From Macrostomum lignano (Eukaryota), in the NCBI GenBank assembly GCA_002269645.1, contig NIVC01000150.1, positions 558,001 to 622,000 on the forward strand: a stretch of DNA of 64,000 nucleotides, read 5' to 3'. Below, piece by piece: positions 55,381 to 64,000 of this stretch. A model generated the notes under the pieces. It saw nothing but the letters and a program-made list of their open reading frames with translations. It did not search any database and was not told the origin of the DNA. The stretch's first letter is position 1, and every line of letters begins with the position of its first letter. The position numbers and the translations under genes were made by a program.

Positions 55381-58203
55381 GGACTCGGCTGGATTCGGGG
55401 GTTCGAGCACCGGCCCTAAGTGAACCCCACGCCTCCAGTGGCGCAGTCACATGTACATATTTTAGCTCTCCGACGGACGCCGCAAAAGAGAAGATCCATA
55501 TGCTGGGATCGATCAAAGCTTCTAGTGGACGGGATCGTCGAGGAGATCCAGGCATCCGAGTAGATCTCGAATCTGGCAGTCGTCCCAAAGCCTGACGGCA
55601 GGATCCAAATCTGCAATGACGACCTCAGCTGCCCCAAAAAGTCAATTGTTCTGCTGGACAAGCGTGTACGTACACGTACATGTAGACGTAAAAGTTGTGA
55701 AAACATGCTAACTTTAGAAGCGATCATTTCGTGGCAGTTACATTGTGTCAATTGTCGTGCACCCATACCATAACTGTAATGTACACGCAAATTCATGTAC
55801 AGTTAAATTTATTTACCTGAAATATTCAGCATGTTTTATATGTATAGCAGTAAAGTACTGAGTCTGCGTTATTCTTATTCCCACCATCACGATTCACGTC
55901 CTTGGTACGGTTTCTTGGCGCATTTCAGCAGAAAAGTTTCTATTTCTATAGAAAAAATTTATATTTCATGACCATAAGTCGTTAGATGGTTTTTTTGCCC
56001 CTTTTAGGCCTTCAAACAGTATATTTACATGTATACAATAATCGTCAAATATTATGAGCAATCCTTATACTCGATATTTTTCATTGACAGATTAATGCAT
56101 ACAATCTATTGCATTTTGGACGAACCGTTGTTTGCATCAAAGCCATACGGTACCATGTTTTTAGTCCATCCGTAAAAACCGCAAAAAAATCCTATGAGCT
56201 CTTTCAAATTTTATATTTTATACATTTTGTTGTCATCTGATTAATATCTATATAATTTACTTTTATTACGTAAGTAATAAGCTGTTTTGAGCAATACCGC
56301 CAACTACATACATAAATCTCACGCAATACTTTTTTAACTCCTTGCTTTTTCTTTCACTTCGTTAGTCGTCCAAGTTTCGTTAATAACATTTCCGCGTTCT
56401 TTCAAATACCATATTTGTAGCAGGAACGGAGGCAGGACACTAAATTTGACTTTGAGCCTTTACCGCCCAATCACAAGCTTGCACAGCTGCCTGCTTACTA
56501 GGCACACTCTAAAGCATAGCCAGTAACAGTTCGAGCTATGATTCAGCATTTATTGGACTCACCATCGAGCTAAGGCGATGAAATTCAGCTGATATAAAGT
56601 TACGAATATAAAGTATTGAACGAAACGAAAATATACGAGTATTATTACATTGCGATGCGATTACTTTGCTTTACTTAACACACGCCTCGAGTTGGCACCA
56701 ATTTAAATTACGAAATTTAGGTGTACTACATATTGCAGAACTCGTACTAATCGTAATTAAATAACTAATGCTAAAATATTGTCTTCTATTCCTGAAGTAA
56801 TCAGGAAGTTATCTTAAACCTAAACCTTGATGCCAATGATGGTGTTGTGTTCGTGCATTATAAGAAATCATACAAAACAGTATTTTTAGCTTAGGAATCC
56901 TATTTTTGGAATCTAGCGCTAAAAGTATTTCATAAACTTAAGTAGTTCTCCACTTGTCTTAAGTTTAAAGCAGATATGTAAGCAACAAATCAAAAAGGCC
57001 ACAGACAGTCAAAAGGTCGGGGAAAGGGAAACTGTCGTCGACTCGTCAGCTTAAATTTAGTTTTTTATTCATGCCTACTTGAGTACCAAACAATAAAATA
57101 GTCTACAAGATCTACTATAGTATAATATAATGCTTCCACCTTCAATCAAATATTTAGGCCCCCAGCCTACTCAAAAAGTAATGAATAAGCCAACATAGGC
57201 TTACCAACCACACAGACTTCAGTGAGAGTCCTAGGTCTAGTCTATGGCTTGCCAATATGCATACAAAAAGCAAATTTAAATAAAAATTCGTTTTTTATAA
57301 ACTATCATAGGCTCCTAACATTCATAATTAGGCCTATATTACAAAAACATAATATATATACTTTTGTATTTTAAAAAGAAAAAATTAATAGGTTCTAGGC
57401 CCTAGCAAAAAAATTAATATAAAATGCTAAGCTAGGCCTAATATAAAGAACTATTTTTAAATTCTTAAATAATTCTTCTATTAGATAGCCTAGATACATA
57501 CTTAAATTTTTCATAAAATTCTCTAGAATATCTCTTTGTTTTTATTTTTTTAACAAGTTAGCTTTTTTGGTTTTTAGAATTTTAATCAAAAATAAGCATA
57601 GTGCCTAATTACCCTAATATGTCTATTTTTAAAAAATAAAATGCATTTAGGGACCTACAAAATTTTTGTAAATTTATAACGCTAAAAGTTGAATTATTTT
57701 TTAATTTATATAAATAATTTTAGCCAATTGGCCTTTACTAATATTAAATTGACTTTAAAATATACATAGCCAATGTATATAACAAACTAAGCAAATAGCA
57801 TGATTCTGCATAATGACTTTACCTACCCCTCACTCCTTGGTTAGCCATTTTATTTTGCTTGTTGTCTAATGTGTAGCCACCCCATGCCACTATGTACACT
57901 TTAACATTGGTTTAATCGAGATAAAAACCAATTGTTGGAAGTCCTTCAAATAGTAATATAAATATAGGTATAGTACTATAAAAATTACTAAATAAACTTA
58001 AAATTTAAATAATACTATAAATAGCAATCCTTAATTAAATGATTTTCTATTTTCTAATAATAAATAATTGACTATACCTATCTACTAGGTGGATATGCAG
58101 CTAATAGCTTAGCTAAAACTATAGTATAATGCATCTAAAGGCTATATATAGTTATTTTGTTGAAGTATTGGGGGTCACTATTCATACCTTTAATTAGCCT
58201 AAT

Positions 58204-58375
58204 CATGCTTGGGCGCAACCTAGGGATTCACCCGGCCGTTTCTATTGGCAACACACACATGTAAGTCGCTATTGGACAGAATAGTAGTCACGTGACTGCT
58301 CTCAGCCAATAGCGACTTACATGTGTGTGTTGCCAATAGAAACGGCCGGGTGAATCCCTAGGTTGCGCATGTATG
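58204..58375. mobile_element. 172-bp fold-back (palindromic) MITE with 8-bp TSD
   Basis: Perfect 63-bp arms 58213-58275 and 58306-58368; TSD AGCCTAAT at 58196-58203 and 58376-58383; central GTCACGTGAC. Confidence 0.9.
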
Positions 58376-59080
58376 AGCCTAATTACTTTAATTGTCTATA
58401 TTTTAACAATTTTTTAAATAAAAAGTGAGCCATTTTATTTTAAACTTATTTCACTAGCATTATATAGCATAAACTGCAACCTAAGGAAATTACTCACATA
58501 TATTTATTATTGCCAACTAAAAGTGAGAAAATTGCAATTGATTGTACTTTTTGACTAATAGACAATATAAAAACTCATAAAATGTTCAACAAAGGATTTG
58601 TTTGTCAGATAAGGATAGTTGCATAAAATTATACAAAAAATCAAAATGTAAAATTGACAAAAATAATAGAAAATTTATTGTAAAAAAGATTATCATAGTA
58701 TTAAAATTGATTTTGAAACTTGTTGAATGCTATTTTGGAAAGTCAAAATATATATATATATTTAGTGTAGATATAGTCATTAAACTATATCTACACTAAA
58801 TGCTAAATGAAATTGAGATGGTCTTAGGCTTTATAAAGTATGCAAATATGGAAATTCCTATTCAAGGCCTATTAGTAATAAAGATTAAGTCATTAATATT
58901 TATCCTTAGAGTTAGAAATATAATTCTAAGCCCAATAAAAAAACCAGTTATTGTGGCAAAAATAGGGATTCTGATCCCGAAAATGGAATCAATAAAATCA
59001 CTTTTTATTAATGCATGTGAGAGGCGCAATTTAAATTTAATCTTGTTTGACTATCAATCAGTTCCAGCAAAGTGATTGCA

Positions 59081-60523
59081 ATGGCAGCCTCTTCTGGCTC
59101 TCCAAGCAATGCTCGGACTTTTCCCGACTCCTACTACGAGGACCCAACATTCTATCAGTTCTTTGAGCGAATTTTAATCTCACTCAACGAATTCGCCTAC
59201 AATGGCACCAAATATCCTCATGACTACCAGTTCACTTATCAAATGGTCACCTCTGTTAAACTGACTGATATACTAACTGTACTTATGCTGGGCACAGTGT
59301 TCACTATCCTGAGGTGCATTGTAACTGCCACTGTGTCCCTGGTGAGTCTTGTTTTACAATTTCATTGCTGTGCAAGCTTTTCATTTCTGGTGGCATCTGT
59401 AATCACTGTTACAGTGTGGGCCACCGCTGTTAGATATGAAATTTTACACCTGTCGTCAACTGTTAGACAGCATGCGCTACACCTGTTAAACAGCATGGGC
59501 TAAACATGTTAGACAGCATGGGCTGTAACTGTTGACAGCATGGGTTACACCTGTTAGACAGCATGGGCTAAACCTGTTAGACAGCATGGGCTAAACCTGT
59601 TCAAGACAGCATGGGCTACAACTGTTAAACAGCATGGGCTAAACCTGTTAGACCGCATGGGCTACACCTGTTAGACAGCATGGGCTACACCTGTTAGACA
59701 GCATGGGCTACACCTGTTAGACAGCATGGGCTACACCTGTTAGACAGCATGGGCTAAACCTGTTAGACAGCATGGGCTAAACCTGTTCAAGACAGCATGG
59801 GCTACAACTGTTAGACAGCATGGGCTACACCTGTTAGACAGCATGGGCTACACCTGTTAGACAGCATGGGCTACAACTGTTAGACAGCGTGGGCTACACC
59901 TGTTAGACAGCATGGGCTACACCTGTTAGACAGCATGGGCTACACCTGTTAGACCGCATGGGCTACACCTGTTAGACAGCATGGATTACACTTCCACCTG
60001 TTAGACAGTTTGTTATCTAGTTTGTCACACCTGTTAGAGTAAGTTCCGTTACAAAAAACATTTCAGCCCCTGGCCGAGTCGCTGAACCTGAAGCGATGCA
60101 ACCGCGCCAAGTGGCCCGAGTCTGTGTGGAAGTTCCTCATCTACACGGGCCTGTGGGGCTACTCCTACTATGTTGTCATTTACAGCGGCCGGCACAATTT
60201 CTTTCAGAAGCCGCTGGACATCTTCAAGGATATTGTATTCGATGGTAGGTAGTGAGATGAGATGCTATGAAACAGACTGACCCCAAGTGACCTTCATTAC
60301 TCGCTGCTAAATTCAGAGGGCTACCTGACTAGGCCAATACCTGTCGATGTGTACTGGATGTACGCCCTGCAGTTAGGCTTCTATGTCCATTCCATCTACG
60401 GCACACTCTACATGGACGTCTGGCGCAAGGACTCCTACATGATGCTATTTCATCACGGACTGACAATATTCCTGTTGGAGTTCTCCTTTCTTATGAAGTA
60501 AGTGGACTAGGTTCGGCCTCACG

Positions 60524-60561
<38 letters not shown>

Positions 60562-61227
60562 TAGACAGACAGACAGACATAGAGACAGACAGACAGACAG
60601 ACAGACAGAAAGACATGCAAGCACACTGGCAGACACAGACACACATACTGACAGACACAGACAGGCACACTGGCAAACACAGACAGGCACACTGGCAGAC
60701 ACAGACAGGCACACTGGCAGACACAGACAGGCACACAGAGTCCTATCCCCCTAACTTCAGGTACTACAAGATCGGGGCCCTGGTGCTGCTCATCCATGAC
60801 CTGAGCGACGTGATCCTGGAGCTCACAAAGCTCAACATCTACATGAAGGACCGGGCAGGCAGGCACTGGCCACTGCACGAATGGATGGCTAACATTGGCT
60901 TTCTGGCCTTCACAGTCAGCTGGTGAGCAGCTCGGATACAGTACGAGTACTTCTTAAAGTCGCGCAGAGTAGTTCAGAGTATCCTCCCATCCACAGGGCC
61001 TGGTTCCGACTGTTCTGGTTCCCGCTGAAGGTACTGTACACCTCTCACTGGGGCGTGTACGTATATCATAAGGACAAGGATCCGAAGATGTTCTTATTCT
61101 TCAATACGATGCTGTTTGTGCTGCAGTTTCTGCATATTTACTGGTTTTATGTGAGTTGGATTTCTTATAAATCTGAAGAAGCTAGCTTTTTGGTTCCAGT
61201 TAAGTAGTTAGTCAGTCAGTCAGTTAT

Positions 61228-61265
<38 letters not shown>

Positions 61266-62791
61266 CTTCAGTTAGTTAGTTATTCAGTTAGTTAGTTATT
61301 CAGTTAGTTAGTTATTCAGTTAGTTAGTTATTCAGTTAGTTAGTTATTCAGTTAGTTAGTTAATTAGTTAGTTAGTTATTCAGTTATTCAGTTAGTTAGT
61401 TATTCAGTTAGTTAGTTATTCAGTTAGTTAGTTATTCAGTTAGTTAGTTAATTAGTTAGTTAGTTGGTTAGTCAGTTAGTTAGTTAGTTCTTCAGTTAGT
61501 TAGTCAGTTAGTTAGTCAGTCAGTCAGTCACATCAGTCAGTCAGTCAGTCAGTCAGTCAGTCAGTCAGTCAGTCAGTCAGTCAGTCAGTCAGTCAGTCAG
61601 TCAGTCAGTCAGTCACATCAGTCAGTCAGTCAGTCAGTCAGTCACATCAGTCAGTCAGTCACATCAGTCAGTCAGTCAGTCACGTCAGTCAGTCAGTCAG
61701 TCAGTCAGTCAGTCACATCAGTCAGTCAGTCAGTCAGTCAGTCAGTCAGTCAGTCACATCAGTCAGTCAGTCAGTCAGTCAGTCAGTCAGTCAGTCAGTC
61801 AGTCAGTCAGTCAGTCAGTCAGTCAGTCAGTCAGTCAGTCACATCAGTCAGTCAGTCACATCAGTCAGTCAGTCAGTCACGTCAGTCAGTCAGTCAGTCA
61901 GTCAGTCAGTCAGTCAGTCAGTCACATCAGTCAGTCAGTCAGTCAGTCAGTCAGTCAGTCACATCAGTCAGTCAGTCACATCAGTCAGTCAGTCAGTCAC
62001 GTCAGTCAGTCAGTCAGTCACGTCAGTCAGTCAGTCAGTCAGTCAGTCAGTCAGTCAGTCAGTCAGTCAGTCAGTCAGTCACATCAGTCAGTCAGTCACA
62101 TCAGTCAGTCAGTCACATCAGTCAGTCAGTCAGTCACGTCAGTCAGTCAGTCAGTCACATCAGTCAGTCAGTCACATCAGTCAGTCAGTCAGTCACATCA
62201 GTCAGTCAGTCAGTCAGTCAGTCAGTCGGTCACATCAGTCAGTCAGTCACATCAGTCAGTCAGTCAGTCACGTCAGTCAGTCAGTCAGTCAGTCAGTCAG
62301 TCAGTCAGTCAGTCAGTCAGTCAGTCAGTCAGTCAGTCACATCAGTCAGTCAGTCACATCAGTCAGTCAGTCAGTCACGTCAGTCAGTCAGTCAGTCAGT
62401 CAGTCAGTCAGTCAGTCAGTCAGTCAGTCAGTCAGTCAGTCACATCAGTCAGTCAGTCACATCAGTCAGTCAGTCAGTCACGTCAGTCAGTCAGTCAGTC
62501 AGTCAGTCAGTCAGTCAGTCAGTCACATCAGTCAGTCAGTCAGTCAGTCAGTCAGTCAGTCACATCAGTCAGTCAGTCAGTCAGTCAGTCACATCAGTTA
62601 GTCAGTTAGCTAGTTACCTTGACCTTTCCTCTTTCCAGTTCGTGCTGGTCCTGCTGGTGAAGGTGGCCTCCGGTCGCCAGAAGGAAGTGGACGATACTCG
62701 CGAATTCGACGAGCGGGACAGCGAGAACGGCAGTGGCGGCCACGGGTCGCCAAAACGCTCGGAAGGAGAGAAGCGGAGCCACGCTGATTAG
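59081..62791 (+). CDS. CERS1: Ceramide synthase (TLC/Lag1 domain, CerS1-like, no homeodomain)
   Basis: Exons 59081-59341, 60067-60244, 60317-60497, 60761-60922, 60997-61150, 62639-62791. Motifs K.PESVWKF, RKDS..ML.HH, GALVLLIHDLSD..LE..K, WFRL.WFPLK, LH.YWF, DTREFDE. Confidence 0.94.
59460..60005. repeat. 23-bp intronic minisatellite (ACCTGTTAGACAGCATGGGCTAC)
   Basis: Directly visible. Confidence 0.95.
60525..60740. repeat. (CAGA)n-derived microsatellite
   Basis: Directly visible. Confidence 0.9.
61205..62612. repeat. Compound (AGTT)n/(AGTC)n microsatellite, ~1.4 kb
   Basis: Directly visible; intronic. Confidence 0.97.
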
Positions 62792-64000
62792 CCATGCAGG
62801 GGTTTTGTTTTATTAATTTAAATCCCCCCCCCACCTGGGATGCGGGCGGGCAGGTTTTGCAGAGGGAGACACGGACCTTATGTTTTAAATGAAAACTTTT
62901 TAGTTTAGTTATATAGATTTAATGTACATCAACTAATCGGAGTTATTACAAATCTAAACTACAAAATCACCGGGTCCGTGTTGCCCACTTGCCCCCCATA
63001 GCTGGCCCCGGGATCTTCAGTTTGCTTAATTTTGCTTTCGTCCCGAATTGTTTGCCTGCTCCACCCGACTCGGCCGATTCATTACACTTTCTGTTTCCTA
63101 TCCGCTGCATCGCCCAGTTTCGTCTCTAAACTCGCTTGCTCAGACAATTAATTCTCAGCGAGATAGCGTGTTACCAACTATTATATCATTATTTAATTTC
63201 TATTCGTGATTCTTGTCTTTGAGGCTTCCGTTAATATTTCTCTCCTCTGGGCCGCTCTGTTATCTTTAGTTTGTGTCCAATAGTGCCATAGTCTGGCCTC
63301 GCACCAACCTGATCATAAATCATTATAATTGCTGTCGCTTGTTTTGCTATCCTTCAATTGAATTTTTGTTTGTGTCACAAAATATTTACTAGCATCGTCT
63401 GAGCTACTTATATAATTAATCTAAATATAAGTAGTATGCATGCGCTTGACTGACTTTGCGGCTGGACGCTTGATTTGAAAAAGAAATTCACGACGCACGT
63501 TGTTTGTTGCGGCTGTTCTATGGGCAACAAATTTATGCTATAATTTACCTTTTATATTGCTGGCTGGTACAAATTAATTCACGCAGACTAAAGTGATCAA
63601 TCAAGTTTTTTATATTTTTATTATATGCTTAATATGAATATTCGTATTGATGTTAAGTCGATATTGCTTTGTCTTGTTTATTAAATTTTACTGTAATAGG
63701 AACTCCGATGACAATTCAATAGCACCAATGGCCACCTGTCATCTTCCTTGCAAATTGTCTACAAAATAGTTATTATCCGCTTACAAATTAAAATCTATTC
63801 AAAACGGTGACTCTATTTTGATCTTCTTACGGCCTTCTCAATTAGCTTTGTTATATAGTTTTGTTATACCAGACTTTGGCATAAAATTCTCGTTATCATA
63901 TCTTTTTTATTCTATATTTATAAAATATAATTTTTTTCTGCTCCAATATCGACACTCGTGGTTTGCATTATAGAACAATAAAAACTCTTAACACATAGCG

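Noticed and set aside
55127-55796. Overlapping minus-strand ORFs upstream of the 54456 TM exon
   Set aside because: No consistent exon chain could be built; partly repeat-derived.
57050-59075. AT-rich ORFs (58602-59075) and AT-rich blocks with frequent AGGCCT motifs (also 38300-39400)
   Set aside because: Low-complexity AT-rich sequence with no recognisable coding signal or element termini.
63000-63400. Short minus-strand open frames (e.g. WCEARLWHYWTQTKDN...)
   Set aside because: Could be the 3' end of a gene outside the window, but too short and unanchored to call.

Overview
Eukaryotic animal genomic DNA with GT-AG introns, GC-rich exons and introns packed with unrelated minisatellites. 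The style suggests a free-living flatworm such as Macrostomum, but that is inference. Genes assembled by hand with phase-consistent splice sites: two orphan secreted/membrane Cys-rich genes (-), a CaMKIV-like kinase (+), a type I membrane protein with F-type-lectin-like and Ig-like segments (+), an 8-exon ligand-gated channel (-), an intronless LRAT/NlpC-P60-like gene lacking the catalytic Cys (-), a THAP-domain gene (+), CLIC (+), BCKDK (+) and a CerS1-like ceramide synthase (+). Mobile DNA includes several non-autonomous elements with 8-bp target-site duplications (TSDs; hAT-like), CORE-type and tRNA-derived SINEs, and a decayed DIRS/Ngaro tyrosine-recombinase retrotransposon. The standout is the channel at 19716-28826. 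None of its exons is obvious in the ORF track alone. Spliced together they give an iGluR-type S1-M1-P-M3-S2-M4 architecture with an intact K+ channel filter (TMTTVGYGD) split across an intron, and no sign of an amino-terminal domain. All coordinates and translations were read by eye and should be confirmed with RNA-seq.
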